A DNA stretch of 63,965 nucleotides, the filler included, from Reticulomyxa filosa (Eukaryota > Protista > Foraminifera): the NCBI GenBank assembly GCA_000512085.1. It is 16 parts of 16 records of this genome, joined end to end, with 100 filler letters (N's around TTAATTAATTAA, not from the genome) between each part and the next. Parts side by side here need not be neighbours in the genome. Positions count along the whole stretch, not along the records: positions 49,575 to 57,269 come from ASPP01017689.1; positions 57,370 to 61,164 come from ASPP01036818.1; positions 61,265 to 62,865 come from ASPP01023638.1; positions 62,966 to 63,965 come from ASPP01041585.1; 12 more parts are not named here. One strand, written 5' to 3'. This document shows, one piece after another, positions 53,047 through 63,965 of the stretch (its first letter is position 1; every line of letters begins with the position of its first letter). The translations under genes were made by a program, and so were the position numbers. The notes beneath the pieces were generated by a model that was not told the DNA's origin, searched no databases, and worked only from the letters and a program-made list of their open reading frames with translations.

Positions 53047-55367
53047 TTATTTTCTATTTAATCTTAATGAATTTATTATGACGCACAAAGAAGATAAAGA
53101 CATAGCTATTGCAGCAAACATAGGGTTAATATATCCCAAAATTGCAATCGGTATTGTTATAATATTATATAAAATAGCCATCGATAAATTCTGTTTCACT
53201 AATTGGTCTGCTTTAAACGCTACTTCAATTGTTTCTAAAATTCCAAATAAATCCTTTTGATAAATAATATCAGCATTATTTTGTGCAATATCTATCGCAG
53301 AAGAAGGAGACATAGATACATACGCTTTTTTTAAGGCAGCGGAATCATTCAATCCATCGCCAACCATCATACAATACTCCAGATTGGAAACAAAATCATA
53401 TTTTTCCTGTGGCTTTATTTCAGCAGTGTAGTTTTCAATACCTAAACCATTAGCAACTCTGGTTACAACAGATCTTTTATCTCCTGACAAAATCCAAATA
53501 TTATATTTACTCTTAAGCTTATCAATCACTAATTTAGCTTCATTTCTAATTTCATCACTAAACAATAATCTAATTGGATTTTTTTCCCCTTGCTTAAACC
53601 ATATCTCTGTAACCCCGTCTTCGATAATTAATTTTTTATCAATGTTGCATAAGTCCTTACTACCTAATAATAACTTTTCATCTTTATACTTAGCACTCAA
53701 TCCCATCCCTTTGATTTCATCAACTTGTAAATCAATGATATCACCATCGTATTCAGCTCTTAACGCTATAGATATGGGATGTTTACTCTTAGCAGCAAGT
53801 GAGGCTATCAACTGCATGGTAGGATCTGCTATCTGCTGTGAATTAATCAGTTTAAGTTTACCATATGTTAGCGTACCTGTTTTATCAAAAACTATTGTCT
53901 TAATATTAGCAATTTTTTCCAGAGCATCTTGAGATTTTAATAATATTCCTCTTTCCATCAATCTACTACTAGCAATGATCTGAACAATTGGAACAGCTAA
54001 ACCCAATGCGCAAGGACAAGTTATAATTAAAACAGCAACTGCATTAAGAAGGGCATTAATTGCGTCATAGTTATAAATTAACCAACCTATAAATGTTAAT
54101 GCTGATAATAATAGAACAACTGGAGTATAATACCCTGCAATTCTATCCGCTAACATAACGTATTTTGCTCTACCTTGCTCTGCGATTTCAATCAACTTAA
54201 TTATTTCACCTAAAACTGTAGAATCACCAAATTTTGTTATTCGTATTTTAATTGGTACTAATAAATTAACTGTGCCTGCATATACATAATCGCCTTCAGC
54301 TACATTAATTGGCGTCGTCTCTCCAGTTATTAAACTATTATCAACTTCGCTTTTTCCTTCTAGAATTACGCCATCTACAGGAATTTTTTCACCAACACTT
54401 ACAAAAGCAATAGCTCCTAATTCTACTTTGCTAATATGGATTAATTTTAACTTCCATCCTCAAAAATAGTGACTGTATTAGATTGTTGTAATATTAATTG
54501 TCGAGCTTTTTCTCTTGCTTTATGGCGAGAATGAATATCCAAAGATCTGCCTATTAAAAGAGCTAAGATCAGCATAGTAGCAGAATCAAAGTAAGTGTAA
54601 TCACCTCCTCTTATGAACTCCTCAATACTAATTAATGTTGTAGCAATAATTCCAATAGAAATAGGAACATCCATGTTATTGCGTCCTGCTTTTAATGTAC
54701 TGAACGCATTTTTAAAAAATAGCGAACCTGAATAAATGATGCATGGAATCGCAATTATCATACTAAATAAATGTAATATTTTACGAGTATATTCACCCAT
54801 TGAACCAAAATTATCTGCAAACCAAATTCCCATAACGATCATCATTAGCTGTACAGTTGCAAACCCTGAGACAGCTATCCCTCTTAAAATACTTTTTTCT
54901 TTTATATCATCTTTATCTTCTGTGATATCATGATCTACGGGCAGCAATTTATATCCGAGCTTTTGAATAATCTCTATAAATTTCAAATAATCATTTTTTT
55001 CACCATTCCAAGCAATATGCAATCTATTAGTTGAAAGATTTACTCTTGCATGAGTGACTAGAGGATCGGTTTTCAATGTTTTCTCTATTAACCAAATACA
55101 GGATCCACATTGGATGCCTTCTACCAATAAATTAATTTCAAACTGTTTTTCAAAAATGTGCTTAATTGAATTTTGGTAATTTAATTCGTTTTTAAATTCC
55201 TGAACTTTCATAGGGGTAGTGTTATAAAGGGTTTTACAATAACTATAATAATCATTTAAATTTAAAGCATTTATTATTTTAAATGCTGATTCACAACCAA
55301 AACAGCAAAATTTTATATTTTCTTTAGATATTTTTGAATTACAATGCAAACATTTATCATTTTTCAT
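53047..55367 (-). CDS. ccoI: Heavy-metal (Cu) P1B-type ATPase CcoI/FixI; single-base frameshift at about 54450
   Basis: N-terminal CxHC..FCCxGC, GIQCGSC, then after a one-base shift GEKIPVDG/TGE, CPCALG, DKTGT, HP, GDGLND and YN..AMSLSS. Confidence 0.9.
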
Positions 55368-55504
55368 TTAGTTTACCTAGAAAATACAGGCCCTGCCTAT
55401 CTAAATAGGTGTTTACAATCTTATAAAAACAACTATTTTAAATATAAGAAAATATAGTATCATTCTCTCGATTTGTTTAACATATAAATTAGTGGTAACT
55501 AATA

Positions 55505-56792
55505 ATGAAAGTAGAAATTCTCGAAAAAAGCGAACTTAAAAGAAAATTCAAATTTTCAATACCAGCAAAGCCTTTGCTCGAAAAAATAGACAACAAAATT
55601 GAAGAAGAAGCAAAAACTTTTAAGATGGCTGGGTTTAGAGAAGGAAAAGTTCCTGTTAATATTGTGAGAAAGCGTATCGGCGCGAATGTTTTATCAAGTG
55701 TTATTGAAACCTCTGTAGATGAAACTCTAAAAAGCTATTTTGAAACTAATAGTATCAGACCAGCTTTGCAGCCATTTGTTGAGATAGTATCTTTTGATGA
55801 TAAATCTGATTTAGTTTTTGATGCCACTATCGAGGTCTTTCCTGATTTACCTAAAGTTACATGGGATACCTTAGAAATTGAAATGTTTGATGTAGATATT
55901 ACCGATGAAGATTTAAAAAAGGCGCATGAAGACATATTAAAGAATTTCAAAAACTTTAATAAAGCTGACGATGCATATAAAGCGCAAAAGGTGATGCAGT
56001 CATTATTGATTTTGTTGGTAAAGTCGATAATAACGAATTCGAGGGTGGAAAAGGAGAAGGTATCAGACTTGAGCTAGGTTCCAACCAATTTATTCCTAGT
56101 CTTGAAGAGCAATTAATCGACGCTAAAGCTAGTGATAATATAAACGTTAATGTAACTTTTCCTGCTGATTATGCAAATAAGCAATTAGCTAGTAAACCTG
56201 CTGTATTTGAAGTTAAGGTACATGAAGTTTTAAAACCTGAATCTGTAAGTGATATAGATGATGACTTTGCCAAAAAATTAGGTTTAGAAAATTTAGATAA
56301 ACTAAATGAGATGATTAAACAAAAGATAAAAGCTGATTTTGAAGGCTTAGCAAGGCTTAGAACTAAAAAATTACTGTTTGATCTCATTGATGAAAAGTAT
56401 CAATTTTCAGTTCCTGAAGGCATGTTCAAGTTAGATTTTGATATGATGTGGAGCGAAGTTAAGAAACAACATGAAAAAAACCCTTCAAATTTTAACAAAC
56501 CTTTAAATGAACTTGAAGAGGATTACAAAAAAATTGCTGCTAGAAGAGTAAGACTTGGAATATTACTAGCTGAAACTGCTACAGAAAATAACATAAATGT
56601 AGATGATAAAGATCTTCAGCAAGCAGTATATGCAGAAGCCATGCAAAGGCCTGGCCAAGAGAAACTAGTTATAGATTTCTACTCTAATAAAGACAACTTA
56701 GAAAGATTAAAAAGACTTATCCTTGAAGAAAAAGCTGTTGATTTTATTTTAACTAAGGTCAAGACTAATAAAAAGAAGATAACTTTAAAAGA
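55505..56792 (+). pseudogene. tig: Trigger factor, frameshifted at about 55990, with degraded conserved residues and its C-terminus fused to clpX
   Basis: GFREGKVP, IIDFVGKVDNNEFEGG, VTFPADY, RRVRLGILL, EEKAVDFIL. Confidence 0.92.
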
Positions 56793-57004
56793 GCTATTAT
56801 GGAAGAAGCTTTATTAGATCTGATGTATGATGTCCAGGTACTAAAGGAATTAAAGAAGTTGTCATTACCCCTGAAGTAATTAAATCAAGTTCAAAACCAA
56901 TATTTATTCATGAAAGTAAAGAATCAAACCCTAATGACCCTAAAGGTTCTAATCATGAAGGCCATTCATCGGAAAAACCTTCTCAAAGTAAGAAAGTGAG
57001 CTAG
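56790..57004 (+). pseudogene. clpX: C-terminal remnant of ClpX ATPase
   Basis: RAIMEEALLDLMYDV / PGTKGIKEVVITPEVIKSSSKPIFI matches the ClpX tail (GLRSI.E..LLD.MY..P....EVVI...V....P). One-base frameshift at about 56833; stop at 57002-57004. Confidence 0.85.
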
Positions 57005-57389
57005 TTTTAATTACAATGTTTAATATAATTTTATAAATTAAACTATACCGTAATATCTTTTTAATATATAAAAGTTATTGTTCTAACCAATAATTGATTT
57101 GTATGCTTGAAGAATTGCTTGCTCCCTCAACACCTAGGGTATTTGACACTACCAAACCAGTTGAAAAATTACAAACTAGAAACCCTTCTCATCCTACATC
57201 ACTTGGAGTTTATCCACTTGAGAGCCTTTACCAATAGGTAGTTATACCATTTCCTGAAGTTAAATTAGTNNNNNNNNNNNNNNNNNNNNNNNNNNNNNNN
57301 NNNNNNNNNNNNNTTAATTAATTAANNNNNNNNNNNNNNNNNNNNNNNNNNNNNNNNNNNNNNNNNNNNAAAAAAAAAAAAAAGGGGAA

Positions 57390-58248
57390 CAAACCGCAGG
57401 GTCGAAAATTTCCTTCAAATCTTTGCCGTCAACCCACTTCAATTGCTTGCGGATTGCCGTATATGCCTTCGGCAACAACCCTTTGCCCTCACTTGCAAAT
57501 TGGTCTTTCAACTTGCCAATCACCTCGTGGGTTGCCTTTTCGACGTCAGCACGGCTGACATGAACACCTTTTTTTTTTTTTTTTGAAAAACGTTTTCAAG
57601 ATTGGCTGACTGAGAAATTTCTTGAGAAATTTCGCGTGTTGCTTCTTTTTGCACCCTCTTCTTTCTTAAAAAAAAAAAAAAAAAAGTATGCACACCAACC
57701 GACACCACATAAAGATTCAAATTGCTTTTTGTCGAAATTCTCCGTTTCGATACAATATTTCATCGCTTCCTCTAATTTTGGGATCATGTCAATTCCTCTG
57801 TGATCAACACACACACACACATACATACAAATAAACAGATTTGAAAATTATTAATTAATTGATTAATAAAAAAAAAAAAAAAAAAAAATAATTACTTGTT
57901 TACAATGTACTCCAATAAAACTGGACGATTTTTTTTTGCATTTGCGGTGTTCATGTTCATTCGCGTAGCGACATCGTAAATCAATTTACCAATGTTACTG
58001 TTCGGGTCAACGCCTTTGGTCAATGATTCGATTTTTGCCTTTATTTTTTTTTTTTTAATGCATGTTTTTTTTTTTTTTTTGTGGTGACCTGCGACTTGTT
58101 ACAAACACTTGTCTCTCACCTCTCGAATGCAGGCTTCCAAATTTGTCGACAATTTCTTGTTTTTTAATGTGTTCTCCAACACCGACGGATTAAGATGGAG
58201 TTTCTCAAACAATTTCTTAGTTGTGTCGTCTGTTTGTTCTGAAGACAT
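57390..58248 (-). CDS. QARS: Glutaminyl-tRNA synthetase, eukaryotic N-terminal domain (4 exons; 3'-truncated)
   Basis: LFEKLHL..ENTLKNKKLS, IGKLIYDVAT, LLEYIV, LEEAMKY, FESLCGV|GVHVS, LKWVDGK. Confidence 0.85.
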
Positions 58249-58999
58249 GATTTCACTTTTTTTTTGAGTTGTCAAATGTGAAACACCAACCAACAAAGGT
58301 GATCTTGTCAAAGGATTTAAAAAGCTGCAAGAATTATATTTCACAGGACGAAAAGCAAACACGAGCCGGCGAACAGAGAACATATAGGGGAACTCCAAAA
58401 AATTTTGAACCTTCTTTTTTTACTTTCAGTGTTTTTTCTTTATACCGTATTACTAGCTTCAAATTTGGCACTTATCTAGAATTTCTTTTGGATAACCCTT
58501 TTTTTAACATTTGTTGTGCGATAAAGTAAATGTATTCATCTGAACATTGCAAGCACATCTGATTTATTATGGTAATCTAGATTATCTACGTTTCAAGCTA
58601 TACTCAAATTCAAATCCGTGCATATAATGTTGAAGGTAACACGTGTAAAATTTGTTATAAGCATTTTTTGTACTGCTATATTTTTTCCTACTGTAAATAT
58701 AAAATGATAATGCTTAATTGAACTTACTTCTTTTGTTAATTGTTAGCTAATCTAAATTATCTCTAAAATGTATTTACTTTTCTAATTTTTTTTTGATTTT
58801 TTAGGAATTTCATATTTTACTGTTATACACTTTGAAACATTCACACATTTAGGTTACATATTTCATAAATTAGCTACACTCGGATCCCAGATCTTGATTG
58901 ATTGAAAAGACTGTTGTGTTTTTCTTTTTCCAGTTCATTTATTTAAAATTGGAATGTTGTTAATTTTTTTTAATCAATACAAATTCATTTAAAACAAAC

Positions 59000-59774
59000 T
59001 TTTATCAATTTTTCTTCAATTAAATTAAATGCGTATTCACCCACAAATACGAACAAAACCTTCGAAAGAGCAAATATAAATTAGCATTAAAATCACCATT
59101 TGATTTTTGTTGGCTGTTCTTTGCTTTCTTTCTCAATGATAAAAAAAAAGACATATTATTCTTTTTTATCTACTTTAGTCACATATAATTCTTTCTTATT
59201 TGATCGAATATCCCAAAAACAAATTGTTTTGATAATGATATTGAAAATGTCACACAAATACATGATCTGATATATTGAATGATTGAATTTGCTTGTAGTT
59301 TCAAAATCAATACACGAACTGTTTTATAATCTGATCCAAAGCAAATCAATTGAAAATTATCAAATATTGAATAATCAATACTATTCACACAATCTTTGTG
59401 CAAAGTGAATGCTTTGAGTAATGTAGATGATGGACAAAACGTGTCAATCAGGAAGGCTGTAACTGCCTACATAAATAATAATGAATAATAATGAATAATA
59501 ATACCAAATAAGCATTTTAAGTTAAATGAAAAACAAAAAACATAACATATTTGATGACAAGCTTATCAAAATCCGGGATCCATCCTAATTTAATGTCTAA
59601 TATTCGAATCCAATGCTGAATAATGATTTGGATTTCTTCTTCTGACTGACTCAAGCATAAATCAAATTAATAAATACAATACAAACTTCGTGACAGCTCA
59701 CTTTGAAAGAATGAAACAAACTTTATCAATGATAGTTGCTTTAAGTTTTTCTTTTCATTGCTAAAAGTAGGCAT
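59000..59774 (-). pseudogene. WD40-repeat family pseudogene
   Basis: Leader EEIQIIIQHWIRILDIKLGWIPDFDKLVIKY, then HKDCVNSIDYSIFDNFQLICFGSDYKTVRV, followed by frameshifts and decay. Confidence 0.8.
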
Positions 59775-60431
59775 TTTTTAACCTTTTGTTTTATCTATCG
59801 AGCTTATCTTAGATGATATAAGATGAAAAATATTTGAACTTTTTATATCAAAATCAACGAAGGGGTTTGTCAAAATATTTTGACAAAAATAAAAATAAAA
59901 ATTGAACATATTCCAAAAGGTATTTACAGGTTAAAAATGTAAAATAAACATAATCGTATTTCCTTTGAAATTTGGAATTTGTTTTTCATGTTAACAACCA
60001 CAAAAAACATAAAATAAGATGCTCTAAGTAACAACGAGTTCTATCCACTTAAATTAAAACGATCATAAAAGTTTCTTCCTTTGATTTCACTAACTTGCTT
60101 TTGTTATAACCACCAAATATTTCATAAATCCACAAATAAAGTCAGTCTTCAGGAAAAAAAAGAGTAAATAAAAATTCACAACCCATGCAAATATTTTTTG
60201 GGTATACTTCTATTTCCCTGCTGCAAGCTTTCAAATCTAAAATACAAAGATAAGCTTTTTTTCCTTTTTCTGGTTTTTGTTTTGTACACGCGAGATAAAA
60301 ACTTGAATATGTGATTGTACCAACAAATGCAATTCAATACGGAATGAAAAACCTGTCGTTGCACCTTTGGAAAAGTGGGTTACTCTTTTAAGATTTCACA
60401 AGCGTCTGTTCCAACTTTTTCAAAAAGACGT

Positions 60432-61164
60432 TATGCGTTTAAATGCTCAAAAAGCAGGTTTCCATTCGGAGACTGGCTTGCTTATTAATCTCGTGTTCAA
60501 TTTGTTGTGTGGTCTGTACTGTCTCGGACTGTTGTATGTAGTCCGGTGCAATCTGTGGACGAGAGAGAGAGTAAGTAGTGAGACGACGAAAGAAATTCCA
60601 TCGCCTGTCCAAAGAGTAGACACGATGAAGACGACGATAGAAACGAGTGTAAGTATATCTATCGCTCCAGAGAAAGACGTGAAAAGATCTTCAGTAGTTG
60701 ATGTGAGAATCAAGTGGATCGTAACTACGTATATATTTGGGAGTTTTGGGATATGTATTGGAAACGTGTGTGAGCAACTAGTTTATGCATTGGTGGAGAA
60801 TATTGAGAAAATATGCGTTGGTGGGATATATGTAGTGTACTTGCGAGTGATTGTGGAAGGGTTGTTTTTTTCGTTTTACTTGGTGCGTACGATGATACTT
60901 TTGCAAGGGAGTGTCTTTGAAATTTCAAAATGCAAACAATATTGGTTAGGAATTGCGCCGGCGGCTACCTTTGGCACTGCATTATTTGCCTATAACATAT
61001 ATTCACAGCTGTCTGACTGTGATGAGGCAGGTGTCATTGTCAACATGTTGCTTGTATTGCCTATCTTCGTTCACTTGTTTTGGAATGTCACTTTATTCAG
61101 TTTTTTGGCGTATCATGTTTACAAAGTTGAAAAAATAAAAAACGTATCTTTTTTTTTTTTTTTT
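60432..61164 (+). CDS. Multi-pass (7TM/GPCR-like) membrane protein, 3'-truncated
   Basis: At least five hydrophobic helices. The segment 'YLVRTMILLQGSVFEIS' parallels 'LIRRIIISFRGSVFEYS' in the 7353-8575 protein. Confidence 0.65.
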
Positions 61165-61264
61165 NNNNNNNNNNNNNNNNNNNNNNNNNNNNNNNNNNNN
61201 NNNNNNNNTTAATTAATTAANNNNNNNNNNNNNNNNNNNNNNNNNNNNNNNNNNNNNNNNNNNN

Positions 61265-62865
61265 AGAAGAAGAAGAAGAAGAAGAAGAAAAAAAAGGAAT
61301 GGTAACAGCAGTTGCAACAACAACAACAACAACAACAACTCCTATTATAACAACAACAGCTGCTACTGCTATTTCTACGACAGCAGCAGCAGCAGCAGCA
61401 GCAGCAACGGGTACAGTCACGAAAAAAGTCTATCTCAAACCTAATGAGCCGAAAGTTCCAAGTTTATCGGCAAGCTCCAGTGAGAGAAGTAGCGGTCCGA
61501 CAAACGTGGCTCAATCAAAACAACAACAACAACAACAACAACAAAATGAACAACTTCGATGGAGATTGCGTGTGACTGACTTGTCCCCCAAAGTACCCAA
61601 GAAACACGTTTCGTTCCAACGAACGTGGTCGCGCACCCCTACGCTGACTCATTTGCCCAACGCAAAGCCGATTGGCTCGATTATGCTGCCGTCCACGAGA
61701 CCACCCATCGGAGGAGACGCAGACAAAGACAAAGACAAAGACAAAGACAGTGAGAAAGAAAAGCAATACAAAATAAACATAATCAATGGTGAAGACAAAG
61801 AAACATCAAAAGGCGAAGAAGAAGCCATTGAGATCGAGGACGAGTACTGCGACAGCGAGTATGGAAGAGACTCCAATTTTGAGAGCAAAGCAGAGACAGA
61901 CGTAGAAGCAGCAGCAAACGAAGATGAAGATGAATATGAAGAAGAAGAAAAGCGGTGTCAACCGAAAAATGGAGCCAAAAAGTACCGCAACGTAGAAACA
62001 GAGGAGGATGACAATCAGCTGCCTTTGCAACTGTGTCCGGAAATAAACAAATGCTCACGAAGCGTAGATACGATCAACACCTCGAATTCGAAGATGCACT
62101 ACCGACCAATGTCAGTGTCGAAGATCATACCGATGGCAGTGACCATCGACGCGCTGACGAAGCCTCTCCCGACACGTAAAAAAAGAGCGTCCTCGGCCGC
62201 CAATATTAATGCGCCCAACGACGAGGTGGATGCGAAAGCCAAACTCAGACACAACATACAGTCACGACCGCTCGACTTGACTAGTATTCATCACAATGCA
62301 CCGATTCAACTGGAACCACTCCGAAAACTCGTCAAAACAACTGCCACTGACACTCCACGCGCTGTTCAATTCACTGGCAATAATAATCGCTTCCTCTCCA
62401 TCGTCGACTCGTCACTTCCACTTGTGGGCTCAAAAGTACTTCTTCTTAATGGTACTGCCAATGCCAATGGTAACACAAATACGAATACAAATACGAATAC
62501 GAATACAAACATGAACACAAAGACTAATACTACCACTACCACTACCACTACCACTGCTAATGTCAATACCAATGCGAATACAACAGTGAATGGTATTCGC
62601 TGCACGGAAGAGCAAGAAAATGAGGAAAAGATGTCACAGACTCCAATGGCCATAAATGAATCCAATTGGGCTCATAAGGTGTTGCAACACGAAAACAAAG
62701 AGACATGGACAGAAATTCGATTGGCCGATGAGCAACGGAAAAAAAAAGAGTTTCACGAACGTGATATGATCGAAGCTAACCATGAACCTGTTTATGTCAC
62801 TATTTATCTTGCATTGGATTGGAATTATCTTATTCCTGGAGGTTCCAAAAAAAAAAAAAAAAAAA
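61265..62865 (+). CDS. Low-complexity protein fragment (poly-T/A/Q, acidic, NT repeats)
   Basis: An open frame spans the whole contig. No domain recognised. Confidence 0.6.
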
Positions 62866-63965
62866 NNNNNNNNNNNNNNNNNNNNNNNNNNNNNNNNNNN
62901 NNNNNNNNNTTAATTAATTAANNNNNNNNNNNNNNNNNNNNNNNNNNNNNNNNNNNNNNNNNNNNGCATTGCGACAGAACAAATAAAAGAAGTTTGTACA
63001 ACTGGGCAAGCATCACCAGGACGAAAAGTATTCTTTATCTTGGACTGCACGGACCTATTCATAGTCCAAATTGTGAAGAAGCAAATCATAAACTAGTTAC
63101 CATCTATGCGGCCAAGGGATTTAAGCATAGTCGAATATTTCAATCCAGATAAGCTCCAAAAACGTATACTAATTGGAAACAGTAGGAACTGAAATGAAAA
63201 ATTCCTGCAGGACGAAACAGTGCAATCCATTATTATATAAGAACTGGGAATCAAAGCTAAACGAAACAAATGACAATAGAAAATAATAGCAACTATCAAA
63301 AATAGCTGCAGTCAACATTTAGACAATAGCAGAATAACTATAGCAGGGTATATACGTATAATCAAAAGATTAATTTTCATCCAAAACAGAATTATCGAAT
63401 AAATATTATTTGAAAGAACTTACCATTGGAGACATAACAAAGACCATTGTACTATAGGCAACCAAGTTAGCGAATGGAATGGATACCCAAATATAACAAC
63501 AATAACGACTTAGATAATTCATATGATAACATTAATTTCTACCAGCAAAATAATGGTAATTGCTTTCAACAAAGTAATAGCAATTGGTCTCAACAAGAAG
63601 TGAAAAGCATACAATACGTTCCAATGATGAATATTTGCTCTAGAGAGCGCATGGATATTGCAATAACTGAGGACGCAGTCGCTACTCCTCAAGTAACAAC
63701 AATAATCAATCAAAATTATTTAATACATCTACACTATGTAATGATTTTAAAATAAATATATTTAAAGCTAGACTTACCTGCAAGCAAAATCAGCTAATCA
63801 AAAATATAGTGCAAATAATCACAATTAGTACATAATTCTGTTCTTGAATATGTGTGGAGGACTGGAAACAAAAGTTCAACGAGATGTCGTATTTATGAAT
63901 TTTTATAATAATCACTTCAAAAATATACTTGGATGTTGTGAACTAAGACAAGATCAATGGATTCA

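Larger units (their letters stand above)
49575..57269. other. Bacterial contig, AT-rich alphaproteobacterium (Rickettsiales-like)
   Basis: Intron-free, densely packed operon-like ORFs, no microsatellites, bacterial genes mpg/HAD/ccoI/tig/clpX and a sigma70-like promoter. Confidence 0.92.

Noticed and set aside
62966-63965. Short ORFs in the last contig
   Set aside because: No recognisable product or reliable gene structure.

Overview
This window is not one locus. It is 16 unrelated draft contigs joined by 15 identical 100-nt spacers (N44-TTAATTAATTAA-N44, stops in all frames), so adjacency across a spacer carries no meaning. Fifteen contigs are from an AT-rich, intron-rich, microsatellite-rich protist nucleus. 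My inference is a foraminiferan such as Reticulomyxa filosa, based on a WD40 family with the leader 'IIQHWIRILDIKLGWIPDFDKLV'. Recognisable eukaryotic genes are UNC-50, a PHD/PZP chromatin protein, syntaxin, a WD40 protein, rpS2/uS5, a CAP-Gly protein, NBR1-like, a PH-RhoGAP-SH3 protein, G-alpha, the GlnRS N-terminus and two multi-TM receptor-like proteins. Several decayed pseudogenes are also present: ABC1 kinase, TOR-like, AGC kinase, possibly PA200-like, M20 peptidase and WD40. One contig (49575-57269) is intron-free alphaproteobacterial (Rickettsiales-like) DNA carrying mpg, small hypotheticals, a HAD phosphatase, a ccoI/fixI Cu-ATPase and tig. The strongest signal is in this contig. tig is fused directly to the 3' tail of clpX, so clpP and most of clpX are deleted. 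tig also carries several transitions at normally invariant residues, and a neighbouring gene has a 19-bp frameshifting duplication. This suggests decaying symbiont DNA, possibly integrated in the host genome. All protein identities come from motif recognition without database searches.
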